A DNA stretch of 64,000 bases, taken from positions 160,001 to 224,000 of the forward strand of contig CBDFJG010000003.1 in NCBI GenBank assembly GCA_965248445.1, given 5' to 3'. Source of the stretch: Planctomycetota bacterium (GTDB lineage: Bacteria; Planctomycetota; JAJSAM01; JAJVHW01). Below the pieces are notes generated by a model. It searched no databases. It saw nothing but the letters and a program-made list of their open reading frames with translations, and was not told the DNA's origin. Numbering within the stretch: the first letter of the stretch is position 1; every line of letters starts with the position of its first letter. Below are positions 1-9,762 of this stretch, piece by piece. Position numbers and translations under genes: made by a program.

Positions 1-63
1 GCGCAGCAGGCTCAGGCGTTCGGCCATGCGCCGATCCCGCTCCGTTGCCGCCTCCATCACCAT
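1..63 (-). CDS. 5' end of an unidentified gene running off the window
   Basis: Open frame MVMEAATERDRRMAERLSLLR starts just downstream of the ABC ATPase on the same strand; too short to identify. Confidence 0.3.
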   Translation of the reverse strand, partial: MVMEAATERDRRMAERLSLLR

Positions 64-91
64 CCGACCAGGCTATCCCCTTCGCTCGAAC

Positions 92-859
92 TCACGCGGT
101 CCCGCGCAGGCCCGCCATGACCTCTTCCTGGACGCTCTCCCAGATCGCGCGCTTGCGATCGAGGAAGCCCCTCGTCAGTTGGACGTCCGAACTACGTGGG
201 TGAGGCAGGTCGTTCGCGAGCTGCGTCTTCACACGGCCGGGGCGTGCGGACATGACGACGATGCGATCCGCCAGGATCAGTGCCTCGTCGATCGAGTGCG
301 TGATGAACACGCACGTCTTGTCCTCGGTGCGGACGACTCGCGAGAGTTCCTCCTGCAAGACCTGACGTGTCATCGCGTCGAGCGCCGCGAACGGCTCGTC
401 GCAGAGCAGGACCTCGGGGTCGTTCGCGAGAGTGCGGGCGAGCGCGACCCTCTGCTTCATGCCGCCGGAGAGCTGCGTGGGATAGTGGCTCTCGAATCCG
501 TCCAGTCCGGTCAGCTCGATCAGCCGCCGGACGCGCTCCGTGGGATCGCGGCCGCGCAGCCGCGGTCCGAAGCCGACGTTCTCGTTGACCGAGAGCCACT
601 CGAACAGTGCGTAGTTCTGGAAGACCATTCCGCAGCGCGGTTCGATGCCGGCGATGGGTTCGCCGTCGAGCAGGATCTCTCCAGACGTGGGGGACTCGAA
701 GCCGGCGAACAGGTTGAGCAGCGTGGACTTGCCGCACCCGGAGGCGCCGACGACGACGACGAACTCGCCCTGCGCCACGGTCAGATCCAGACCGTCCAGC
801 GCCGTGACGTCGCCGAACCTCTTCGTCGCCTTCCGCGCCTCGAGCGTGGGCGTGCTCAT
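92..859 (-). CDS. ABC transporter ATP-binding protein, NitT/TauT family
   Basis: Walker A GASGCGKST, signature LSGGMKQR, Walker B LLCDEPF, H-loop ITH; start MSTPTLE overlaps the permease stop. Confidence 0.95.
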   Translation of the reverse strand: MSTPTLEARKATKRFGDVTALDGLDLTVAQGEFVVVVGASGCGKSTLLNLFAGFESPTSGEILLDGEPIAGIEPRCGMVFQNYALFEWLSVNENVGFGPRLRGRDPTERVRRLIELTGLDGFESHYPTQLSGGMKQRVALARTLANDPEVLLCDEPFAALDAMTRQVLQEELSRVVRTEDKTCVFITHSIDEALILADRIVVMSARPGRVKTQLANDLPHPRSSDVQLTRGFLDRKRAIWESVQEEVMAGLRGTA

Positions 860-1794
860 GGTTCCTCCCTCAGGAACAGGTAGGGGAGTAACAGGCGCTC
901 GACGCGAGTGGTCAACACGTCGAGCAGCAGCACAACGCCGCTGATACACGCCATGCCCACGAGGACCGCGGACGTGTTCGAGGTCTCTTTGGACAGCCAG
1001 ATGAGGGCGCCCAGGCCCTCCGTCGTGCCGACGATCTCCGCGGAGATGACGCACGTCCAGCCGATCGCGAGCACGACCTTCAGTCCGCTCACGATGTTCG
1101 GCAGCGCGGCCGGAAGGAGCACCCGCCGCAACAACTGGCGGTCGCTCGCACCGAGGTTGCGCGCCGCGCGGATCAGTTCGGAGTCCACCTTGACGGTCGC
1201 TTCGATCGTGTAGATCAACGCCGCCGAGAACGTCCCCATGAAGATGATCGCGAGCTTCTGCATCTCGCCGGCGCCGAGCCAGATCATCGCGAGCGGCACC
1301 CACGAGATGGACGGCAACGGACGCAGGAAGCTGACGATCGGGCTGACTGCCGCGCGCAGACGCGGAAACAGCCCCATCATGATCCCGAGCGGAACGGCGA
1401 AGAGCGACGAGAGGAAGAACCCGATCACGACGCGGAACGTCGAGCGCCAGATGTGCTGCAACAGATTGGGCCGGTGCGACTCACTGGTCGTGAGCAGTCG
1501 CCACGCGTCGCGGGCCGTGTTCAACGGCGTATCCAGGGCAGGCGGATTGACGAGCGCCCGCGGCCGCTCCACCGCGTGCTCCTCCAGGCGCACGACGGGT
1601 ATCTTCACCGTCTCGCCGGTCACCGGGTGGGTGCGCGTCTCGACCTCACCCGTCGGGACGCGCTCCCGTCGAACGGTCTGCTCAGTCGTGTACGGGAACG
1701 TGAGCCCCCACCAGACGACGAGCACCGCGAGCACGCCCGCCAGCCCGTAGAGGAGGCGCTTCCGGCGCGGTATGGAGGGGGGGAACGCCCGCAC
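856..1794 (-). CDS. ABC transporter permease, SsuC/TauC-like
   Basis: RPLPSISWVPL, EAA-like AARNLGAS, W-x-x-VISAE; GTG start abuts the binding-protein stop. Confidence 0.92.
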   Translation of the reverse strand: MRAFPPSIPRRKRLLYGLAGVLAVLVVWWGLTFPYTTEQTVRRERVPTGEVETRTHPVTGETVKIPVVRLEEHAVERPRALVNPPALDTPLNTARDAWRLLTTSESHRPNLLQHIWRSTFRVVIGFFLSSLFAVPLGIMMGLFPRLRAAVSPIVSFLRPLPSISWVPLAMIWLGAGEMQKLAIIFMGTFSAALIYTIEATVKVDSELIRAARNLGASDRQLLRRVLLPAALPNIVSGLKVVLAIGWTCVISAEIVGTTEGLGALIWLSKETSNTSAVLVGMACISGVVLLLDVLTTRVERLLLPYLFLREEP

Positions 1795-2765
1795 TATCGC
1801 GGCAGCAAGTCGGGGCGAGTCCAGTCGCGGAACGCCGGAACCGCCTCGATCAGATCCATGTCGACGAGCACGTTCGCCGCGTACTCTGCCTGCCCGAAGA
1901 GCATCTGATCGCTCATCACAACACGCTGGTCCGCGCCCTCGAGCCACTGGAAGTTGTTCATCACGACCGCGACCTCGTCCTCTGTCTTGCCGACCCGCGC
2001 CGCTACCAGCGAGATCAACTCGTCGGGGTTCTCCTTGCACCACGAGACGCACTCGAAGTACGCCGCGAACAGCCGTTTCGCGCGATCCGGGTCCTCATCG
2101 ACCCAAGCGCGAGACGCGCAGATCACGTCCGGGCCGGTCATCGTCTTGAAGCGCTGGTAGATGGACGTGTCCGTGTCCTCGCCGAGCACTACCGCGTCAG
2201 GGAGGTTCTTGAGATCCGTGTAGAACGGCTCCCAGATGCAACCGGCCTGCGCTTCGCCGGACCGCACGAGATCGACCACCGCGCTGTCCGGTGCGTTGAT
2301 GACGATCACGTCTTCATTGATGTCGAGACCGTGCGCCCTGAGCAGTTCGTACGCGGTGATGTGGACCGAACTGTTCTGGTTGATCGCGATCGTCTTGCCG
2401 CGCAGATCGCTGATCTCATGGATGTTGATGCCGACGAGGCCTTCTGCACCGGGCGCGATGTCCTGGTTCGCGATCCAGTAGAAGTCCTTCCGGCCGGCCG
2501 CCATCGCTTCGAGCATGGCGACCTCGCCGAGGCTCGCGAACTGCGCCGTCTCGCTCTCGAGTGCCGTCACGCGATTGGGGCTCGACCCGAACGCCTTCTG
2601 CTCCACGGTGAACCCGTGCTTCTCGAAGATGCCCTTCTCGATGCCGACCCACGTCGGCGCGTGGCCGTACCAGTTGGAGCCCGCGTAGACGATCGTGTCG
2701 CCCCCGCCGCAGGCTGAGAGACAAGCGCCGGCGAGCACGACGCACCACAGGCTCGATCCACGCAT
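1794..2765 (-). CDS. ABC substrate-binding lipoprotein, SsuA/TauA/NMT1-like
   Basis: Lipobox LSAC, DLRGKTIA and IWEPF motifs; operon with permease and ATPase. Confidence 0.9.
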   Translation of the reverse strand: MRGSSLWCVVLAGACLSACGGGDTIVYAGSNWYGHAPTWVGIEKGIFEKHGFTVEQKAFGSSPNRVTALESETAQFASLGEVAMLEAMAAGRKDFYWIANQDIAPGAEGLVGINIHEISDLRGKTIAINQNSSVHITAYELLRAHGLDINEDVIVINAPDSAVVDLVRSGEAQAGCIWEPFYTDLKNLPDAVVLGEDTDTSIYQRFKTMTGPDVICASRAWVDEDPDRAKRLFAAYFECVSWCKENPDELISLVAARVGKTEDEVAVVMNNFQWLEGADQRVVMSDQMLFGQAEYAANVLVDMDLIEAVPAFRDWTRPDLLPR

Positions 2766-2844
2766 CCGCACGCCCTCCAGCGGCCGCAACTGACCGCGGT
2801 GCGAGGATACGTGAGTCGTGCCCGGCTTGCTCGCGTGAATCGCG

Positions 2845-4344
2845 GTAACCGTTCACCCCTTCGTCGCGAGCCAGGATCCAGATCGTTCGGCCATCGGTCG
2901 ATCAAGAGGTTGTGGGCGAGCGGCAGGACGAGGATCTGCGGGCGATGGTCGAGGGCCTTCTGGCCTGGATCGAGGAGCTGGAGCGTCGCGAAGCGAAGCA
3001 TCTGCGCCGCATCGACGAGCTCGAGTCGCGTCTGAAGCGTGACTCCCGCAACAGCTCGAGGCCTCCGTCGTCGGACCCGGCGTGGTCCAAGCGCCGTCGC
3101 GGCCGAAGGCCGCGTAGCGGTCGCAAGCAGGGCGGACAGCCGGGCCATGAGGGCACGGCGCGCGAGCTGGTGGATCCGTCCAACGTCGATGAGACCAAGG
3201 AGCACCGTCCCGACCTCTGCGACGCGTGCGGACACGACGATCTCGAGCAGGGCATCGGCGATCCGTACCGGCACCAGGTGACGGTGCTCCCGCGCGTGCT
3301 CGTCACGGTGCGGGAGCACCGGCTGCACAAGGCGCGGTGCCGGCGCTGTCGTGCGGTCACGACGGCGGTCCTGCCCGATGGCGTGCCGACCGGGGCCTTC
3401 GGTCCGCGGCTGACCACACTTGCCGGCGCGCTGCGCGGCGTGTACCGCGTGAGCGTGCGGGAGACGCAGCGGCTGCTCGGTGAGATTTTCGGTGTGAAGA
3501 TGTCGCTGGGCAAGATCAGCGACTGTGAGCGTCGGCTCAGTGACGCTCTGCACTCGTCGTACCTCGAAGCCCTCGGGGCAGTCCGCACGTCGCTGCGAGC
3601 CAACGTGGACGAGACGTCGTGGAAGGAACGGGGCCGGGTGTGCTGGCTGTGGGCGGCGGAGAGCGAGCACGCCACAGCCTTCGGGATCGATCGCCGCCGC
3701 AGTGCCAAGGCGAAAGGGCGGCTGATCGGGCGGCGCTTCGGTGGCACGGTGATCAGCGACCGGATGGGTGCCTACGAGTCACACCCACTTGCCCGCCGCC
3801 AGCTCTGCTGGGCGCACATCGAGCGCGCCTTCCGTGCGCTGGCCGAAGGCCCGCGAGGACATCGCCGCTTCGGCAACAAGGGCGTCATGATCGCGCAGTC
3901 GGTCATGCGCAGCTACCGGCTCTTCGGTGAGCACGGCGCCCGTGACCGGCTGCAAGGCGAAGCCGCTGTGCTGCGCGGACGGCTCGAGCGACTGATCGCG
4001 AACGACGACTCGGCTCTGGCCAACCATCTGCGCCCCCGCGTGGTCGCCCTCTTCACCTATGCGCGGACCCAGGACGTGAGTCCGACGAACAACGCCGCCG
4101 AGCGCGCGGTCCGCAAAGCGGTGCTCTGGCGCAAGGGCTCCTTCGGAAGCCAGTCCGCTCGCGGACTCCGCTTCGCCGAGCGCGTGTTGACCGCCGCGGC
4201 CACGCTGCGACGCCGTGGCGACCAAGTCTTCGACTTCCTCGCCGACTCGGTCGCCGCGCACCTCACCGGCGCCGACCCGCCCGTCATGGTCCCGCTGCCC
4301 GTCGCACGCTGAGGCTCACACGCTGTCAAGGGGTGAACGGTTAC
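2845..4344 (+). mobile_element. IS66-family insertion sequence, single-ORF type, copy 1 (1500 bp)
   Basis: 17-bp perfect terminal IRs GTAACCGTTCACCCCTT / AAGGGGTGAACGGTTAC; near-identical copy at 55734-57233; no TSD. Confidence 0.95.
2912..4312 (+). CDS. tnpC: IS66-family transposase
   Basis: NSSRPPSSD, GGQPGH, zinc finger CDAC/CRRC, DET, ISDR, QLCWAH, PTNNAAER. Confidence 0.95.
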   Translation: MGERQDEDLRAMVEGLLAWIEELERREAKHLRRIDELESRLKRDSRNSSRPPSSDPAWSKRRRGRRPRSGRKQGGQPGHEGTARELVDPSNVDETKEHRPDLCDACGHDDLEQGIGDPYRHQVTVLPRVLVTVREHRLHKARCRRCRAVTTAVLPDGVPTGAFGPRLTTLAGALRGVYRVSVRETQRLLGEIFGVKMSLGKISDCERRLSDALHSSYLEALGAVRTSLRANVDETSWKERGRVCWLWAAESEHATAFGIDRRRSAKAKGRLIGRRFGGTVISDRMGAYESHPLARRQLCWAHIERAFRALAEGPRGHRRFGNKGVMIAQSVMRSYRLFGEHGARDRLQGEAAVLRGRLERLIANDDSALANHLRPRVVALFTYARTQDVSPTNNAAERAVRKAVLWRKGSFGSQSARGLRFAERVLTAAATLRRRGDQVFDFLADSVAAHLTGADPPVMVPLPVAR

Positions 4345-4345
4345 C

Positions 4346-4906
4346 CCCGAGGAGCAGCCGGAGCACACGGCACTCGGGGCGATGTGGGCGCGCAGCCAGG
4401 TGCATCACCTCGAGAACGAGCTGCTCGGCAGGACACTCGACGAATCGGCAGAGCTGCTCGTCGAGATCGAGACGCTCGGTCTCGACTTCGATCTGGTCAC
4501 GAAGCGCACGGCATTCGTGGCCGTCGACGACAGCACGATCGTGCACGGACACGAGCTTGCGGTGCGCCTGCTCCAGCCGCAGGAACTGCCGCGGGGAGTG
4601 CGGTACTGGGGCGTCGTCGGCCGGCCGGATGCCCATGGTGTGACCGTGCCCGGTTGGGGCCTCCTGGTCGCGGACGGCAAGGCGGGGGAACTCGTGGTCG
4701 CCAAGGTGGATAGCGGCGGCACCGCTGCGCGGGCCGGGTTGCTGCGCGGGTACGTCGTCGAGTCGGTCGGCGGACACCGCGTCCACGGTGTCCGCCACCT
4801 GCGGTCGCTCCTCGGCGCCGTGCGTTCGGCGGACGTCGAGATCGGATATCGCAACGGCGCCGGCGAGTCGCTCCGCAGCCTGCGGCTGCCCGTCAGCACG
4901 AGGTAG
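4346..4906 (+). pseudogene. 3' remnant of a VIT/vWA-type protein with C-terminal PDZ domain, cut at the IS66 end
   Basis: ALGAMWARSQV...LGLDFDLVTKRTAFVAVD resembles VIT-protein C-termini; PDZ-like VAKVDSGGTAARAGLLRG; frame is open up to the IS. Confidence 0.65.
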
Positions 4907-4957
4907 GGGCGGGGCGCGGCCAGCTCGATTGTCTCCGCTACTTCTCCCGCGGCTCGG

Positions 4958-6085
4958 CTACCGCGTTGCCGAGCAGTTGCTCCGCCGCTCCGCCGCGGCC
5001 TCGGCGTACGCCTCGTATCCGGCTTCCAACGGATGGCCGTCGTCGTAAGACGTGTACACGCCACCCTCCGCGCGCATCTTCCGCATCAGGTACGGGATGG
5101 AGTCGACGTACGGAATGTCCAGCTTGCGCAAGAACTCGCTGACCTCCCCGCGGACCTCCGCCTCGTGGGTCACCAGGTCATGGTACGCCTGCGGCAGATC
5201 GCGCTCTGCAGCGACCAGGTCCTCGTAGAAGACGCGCTCCTTGGAGGGAACGAGCAGCACGCTCAGCCCGATACCCTCGGCGTCCGCCTTGCCCTTGGCC
5301 TCGCGAAGGACGTCCTTGGTGATGGCGAGGCCCAGCCTCATCTGCGGTCTCTGCATGTCCATGGACCGCCGATGCCGGTCGATCCGCGCCATCGCGATGC
5401 GTGTTGGGCTCCGTGTGACGTCCACAACCACGGATTCGGCCAGCCGCCGCCGGACCGGCCTCGCCGCCTCGATCAGGAGGGACCCGATCGCCGTCCGAAC
5501 AGCGAGCCACCTGATCGGCCGCTTCTCCTCGGGACTCGCTTCGATACAGCTGCTCGTGTCGTGTCCGCGTTGCTCTGCCCACTCGCGCCAAGCCGGCATG
5601 CGCGAGATGAGTTGCCCGACTTCGTCGAGGTCGTTCGCCAGATACAACGCGAGGATGACGTGGCGTGGCCGCCGCGCAAAGGCCTCCTGGAACAGGTCGT
5701 GGTACTGCAGGACGCCGAAACCGCCGACTCCCAGGTTGTAGACGGTCAGCCCGGTCATCTGGCCGAGCTGCGCCGGCCATGACTCCTCCCGGTTCACGTT
5801 GTAGCCATACGTGTGGGAGTCTCCGATCGCTACGATGTCGGCCCGGTCGATCCCGTCAGGGTTGCGGAAGCCATGTTGGTCGATCTCGGCGAGCGCCGGG
5901 TCCATGCGGTACTCCAGACGCGGGTCGGGGATCCGATTCGACAGCGCGGGGCGGGGAAGTGGCGTCAGCAGACGAAGGGCGATCTCGGCGGCCAAGAGAC
6001 TGACCACGATCGAGGCAGCGCAGAGTTTGAGTTTCCTGAGCCAGACCCGACGGCCGTTCTTGCGGTTGTTCTTGACGATGCTCAA
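4958..6085 (-). CDS. Membrane-anchored SGNH/GDSL hydrolase-family protein
   Basis: N-terminal TM, block I IGDSHTYG, YNLGVGG, ND, C-terminal DGHP. Confidence 0.8.
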   Translation of the reverse strand: MSIVKNNRKNGRRVWLRKLKLCAASIVVSLLAAEIALRLLTPLPRPALSNRIPDPRLEYRMDPALAEIDQHGFRNPDGIDRADIVAIGDSHTYGYNVNREESWPAQLGQMTGLTVYNLGVGGFGVLQYHDLFQEAFARRPRHVILALYLANDLDEVGQLISRMPAWREWAEQRGHDTSSCIEASPEEKRPIRWLAVRTAIGSLLIEAARPVRRRLAESVVVDVTRSPTRIAMARIDRHRRSMDMQRPQMRLGLAITKDVLREAKGKADAEGIGLSVLLVPSKERVFYEDLVAAERDLPQAYHDLVTHEAEVRGEVSEFLRKLDIPYVDSIPYLMRKMRAEGGVYTSYDDGHPLEAGYEAYAEAAAERRSNCSATR

Positions 6086-6365
6086 CCCGAAGCGCGCTCT
6101 CTCAATGACATCTGCCAGCTCCCGGCCTCGAGGTCCTCAGAGTGCGCCGCTGGTCACGCCGCCGTGGTGCCGTTCGCAGAGCACTCTAGCGCTATCTCGC
6201 GCAGCGGGGCTCAAGCTCGACGCTTTGTAAGCCTCCGGCTGCCGATCTCGGCCCGCTGACGCGCGCAACTGGCCGTTTTCCCTAGTCTGCTCCTAAGAGA
6301 CCTCCGCGGTCGTTCGTCCTCTCGGATGAACGGCCGCCGCGAGCGACCGAGACGCAGGGAGCCGG

Positions 6366-6932
6366 ATGGACGACAGCAGCGAGAGCGGAGCACGCTCGGA
6401 GCGATCCGAGTGGGTGTCCCGCGCCCTCGACGAGTACGAGGGTGCGCTGCTGGCGTACGCCCGACGCCTGCTCTCCGACCCCGAGCGGGCCCGCGATGTC
6501 GTGCAGGAGACCTTCCTGCGACTCTGCAAAGCGAAGCGGAGCGACGTCGAGGGGCACCTGCGCCGGTGGCTGTTCGCAGTGTGCCGCAACAAGGCACTCG
6601 ACGAACTGAGGAGACGACGACACGTGGCCAACCCGACCGCACTGCAACAGGCCGACGCGCGTCCCGGCCCGGCTCCCATGCCGGACGAGATCGCGTCGCT
6701 GCGCGACGACGTACGCGCGGCGCTCACGGCCCTCGACCGCCTGCCGGACCGCGAGCGCGAGGTGCTGCACCTCCGCTTCAAGGAGTCCATGAGTTACCGG
6801 CAGATCGCGGCGGTCACCGACCTGTCGGTGAGCCATGTCGGCGTTTTGATCCACACGGCGATGAAGCGGCTGCGCCGCGAGCTGCGTCCGGCAACGGGCT
6901 CACCCGCGCGCACCGGAGGAGCGACAGCATGA
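6366..6932 (+). CDS. ECF-type RNA polymerase sigma-70 factor
   Basis: ARDVVQETFLRL, WLFAVCRNKALD, region 4 LPDREREVLHL...SYRQIA. Confidence 0.93.
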   Translation: MDDSSESGARSERSEWVSRALDEYEGALLAYARRLLSDPERARDVVQETFLRLCKAKRSDVEGHLRRWLFAVCRNKALDELRRRRHVANPTALQQADARPGPAPMPDEIASLRDDVRAALTALDRLPDREREVLHLRFKESMSYRQIAAVTDLSVSHVGVLIHTAMKRLRRELRPATGSPARTGGATA

Positions 6933-9721
6933 CCCCGCACGAGAAACACCAGATCGAAGCCGCCGCAGCCGAAGCACGCCTCACGGCGTACGCCCTCGGA
7001 GAACTGAGCGGACCGGACGCCGACGAGATCGCGCATCGCGTCGCGACCGACCCCGTCGCCCGCCGCGCAGTCGAGGAGATCCGCGAGCTCGCGGCTCTCT
7101 TGAACGACGGGCTCGGCGCGTCGGCCCCCGAGGGACTCGAGACCGCGCAGCGCGAGGTCATCCTGGCGGCGGCGGAGGCCCCGGGTTTCGGCTCGCGTCT
7201 GCGCCTCTGGCCCGCGGCGGCCGCGGCGGCGGCCATCATCGGCGTCGCTTCTCTCGCTAACTGGGCGGGGACACCGTGGGACAGGAGTCCTCGAGAGACA
7301 GAACTGTCGCGGCTCATCGCCGAGCGTGATCGCCTCTCGGACGAGCTCTCGGACGCACGGGCGCAGCGGGACGCGCAGATCCCGGAGTGGGAGGCTGCGA
7401 TCGCAGCAAAGCGCTCCGCCGAGACGCGTGCGGCAGGGGCCGACGCTGTCGCTACCACCTCGGGCGATAGCCCGGTCGAGCTGCACCAGCTCAACGAGTC
7501 GCTGCGGGAGAACCTCGAGTCTCTGACCACGAACCAGGGCGACATGCAGTCGCGTTTGGGTGAGCTGAACGCCCAGATCGACCGCCTGCGCGGCGAACTC
7601 GCGGTCGCGGACGCCGAGAGCCCGCGACGCTTCGACGAGGCGTTGGACCTGCTGGCGGCCGCTCCACCGGGCGATCCCACGCGCGCACGCGGCACACGGG
7701 ACGGGGGCGTCGCATACAACACGCCGCTTCCGGGCGCCGACGGAACCGCTGTCGGCGTGGCGGGCAACACCCGCGGAACCGGATACCTTTACGGCGCCGG
7801 CGCCGGCGGCGGGGGTGGCGGTCACGGGACCGGCGGCGGCGGCGACGCCGGAGGACCCGGCGGCGGCGGAGTCGGCGGAACGGTGCGCCTCCGCAACTCC
7901 CTTGGCTTCGACATCGCGGATCCCGAGGCTGCCGTCGACGGACGGCTGACGACCGCCACCTACAACGACGAGGTTCCCGGCGCGGCATCCGCGATCATGA
8001 CGATTGCGGGAGGCAGCGGGTCGGACGGTGACTACCGCGTATTGCGGTCGGTGAACGGGCGGGACTTCTCGACCCTGTTCACGCAGGTCGGGGGGGATGC
8101 CGGACTGCTCCTCGGCGTCCAGGGTGCAGAGCAGCAGATTCAGGCTCTGCGCGCGAAGCAGAAGCAGATCCACGTCGGGGGCGCCGTCGCCAATGCCGGC
8201 GAACTGGCCGAACTGAACAAGCAGATCCTCGAGCGCGAGCGCGGCATCGTCGAACTCGAGCGTCTGCGCGAGATCGCACGGAGCCAGGAGTTCTCCGGCG
8301 GCGAGGCGTACGTGCACCCGGGCGAAGCACGCTTCCGCAACCCGCGGCAGGAGCCGCTGTCGACCTTCTCGATCGACGTGGACACGGCGTCGTACACGAA
8401 CGCCCGCCGCATGCTGCGCGACGGCCACCTGCCGCCCGCCGCATCGGTGCGGGTCGAGGAGATGATCAACTACTTCAACTACGGGTACGCAGCCCCGACC
8501 GGCGCTCACCCGATCGGCACGACACTCGAGACAGCTTCCTGCCCGTGGAACACGGCGAACCGCCTCGTGCGGATCGGCATCCGCGCGAAGGACATCCAGG
8601 GCGAGGCGCCGCCGGCCAACCTCGTCTTCCTGGTCGACGTCTCGGGCTCCATGCAGCCCGACAACAAGCTCCCGCTCGTGCAGCGCTCCCTGCGTATGCT
8701 CGTCGATCAGATGCGCGAGCAGGACCGCATCGCCATCGTCACCTACGCCAACGGCTCAGGTGTTCGACTGCACTCGACCACTGGTGCCGAGAAGGGTGCG
8801 ATCGGCAAGGTGATCGATGAACTGACCGCCGGTGGCTCCACCAACGGCGGAGCGGGCATCCACGATGCGTACAAGATCGCGTCAGAGCACATGGTCGAGG
8901 GCGGCACGAATCGCGTGATCCTCGCCACCGACGGCGACTTCAATGTCGGCGTCACCGATCGCAACCAGCTCGTCAACCTGATCCAGGAGAAGGCCAAGAC
9001 GGGCGTGTTCCTGTCGGTTCTCGGTGTCGGCACCGGGAACATCAAGGACGCCACGCTCGAGCAGCTCGCGAACAAGGGCAACGGCAACTACTCGTATCTC
9101 GACTCCCTCCAGGAAGCACGCAAGGTGCTCGTCGAGGAGATGCGCGGCACGCTCATCGCGGTCGCCAAGGACGTGAAGGTCCAGCTCGAGTTCAACCCCG
9201 CGCGCGTCGCGTCGTACCGCCTGATCGGATACGAGAACCGCGCGCTCGCCTCGGCGGACTTCAACGACGACAAGAAAGACGCGGGCGAGATGGGCGCCGG
9301 CCACACGGTCACGATGCTCTACGAGATCGTGCCGACGGCGATGACGGCGACTTCGCCGTCACCGGGCGTCGACCCGCTGCGCTACCAGCGGCCCGCGATG
9401 GTCGAGACCGCGGCCGCGCAGTCGAGCGAGTTGCTCACGCTCAAGGTGCGCTACAAGCACCCCGAGGCGTCCACGAGCCGGAAGTTCGAGAGGTCGGTGT
9501 CGGACACCGGCGCGGGCTTCGACACGGCGTCGACCGACTTCCGCTTCGCGTCGGCCGTCGCGTCGTTCGGGATGTTGCTGCGCAGTTCGCCGACGGCGAC
9601 GGGGATCACGTACGACGGCGTGCTGGAGCTGGCCTCGGGCGCGCTCGGCGAGGACCCGAAGGACCGCAGGGCAGAGATGCTCGACCTGGTTCTCCGCGCG
9701 AAGCAGCTGTCCGGGCGATAG
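6929..9721 (+). CDS. Anti-sigma-like membrane protein with C-terminal YfbK-type vWA module
   Basis: ATGA overlap with the sigma gene; anti-sigma-like RLTAYALGEL; one TM; PLSTFSIDVDTASY, MIDAS DVSGS, LATDGDFNVG, YRLIGYENR. Confidence 0.88.
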   Translation: MTPHEKHQIEAAAAEARLTAYALGELSGPDADEIAHRVATDPVARRAVEEIRELAALLNDGLGASAPEGLETAQREVILAAAEAPGFGSRLRLWPAAAAAAAIIGVASLANWAGTPWDRSPRETELSRLIAERDRLSDELSDARAQRDAQIPEWEAAIAAKRSAETRAAGADAVATTSGDSPVELHQLNESLRENLESLTTNQGDMQSRLGELNAQIDRLRGELAVADAESPRRFDEALDLLAAAPPGDPTRARGTRDGGVAYNTPLPGADGTAVGVAGNTRGTGYLYGAGAGGGGGGHGTGGGGDAGGPGGGGVGGTVRLRNSLGFDIADPEAAVDGRLTTATYNDEVPGAASAIMTIAGGSGSDGDYRVLRSVNGRDFSTLFTQVGGDAGLLLGVQGAEQQIQALRAKQKQIHVGGAVANAGELAELNKQILERERGIVELERLREIARSQEFSGGEAYVHPGEARFRNPRQEPLSTFSIDVDTASYTNARRMLRDGHLPPAASVRVEEMINYFNYGYAAPTGAHPIGTTLETASCPWNTANRLVRIGIRAKDIQGEAPPANLVFLVDVSGSMQPDNKLPLVQRSLRMLVDQMREQDRIAIVTYANGSGVRLHSTTGAEKGAIGKVIDELTAGGSTNGGAGIHDAYKIASEHMVEGGTNRVILATDGDFNVGVTDRNQLVNLIQEKAKTGVFLSVLGVGTGNIKDATLEQLANKGNGNYSYLDSLQEARKVLVEEMRGTLIAVAKDVKVQLEFNPARVASYRLIGYENRALASADFNDDKKDAGEMGAGHTVTMLYEIVPTAMTATSPSPGVDPLRYQRPAMVETAAAQSSELLTLKVRYKHPEASTSRKFERSVSDTGAGFDTASTDFRFASAVASFGMLLRSSPTATGITYDGVLELASGALGEDPKDRRAEMLDLVLRAKQLSGR

Positions 9722-9724
9722 TCG

Positions 9725-9753
9725 CGCGGGCGGGGATTCCACCCCCGCCCGCG
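9725..9753. terminator. GC-rich hairpin between convergent genes
   Basis: 11-bp stem CGCGGGCGGGG / CCCCGCCCGCG; no U-tract. Confidence 0.5.
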
Positions 9754-9762
9754 AGTCGCCGC

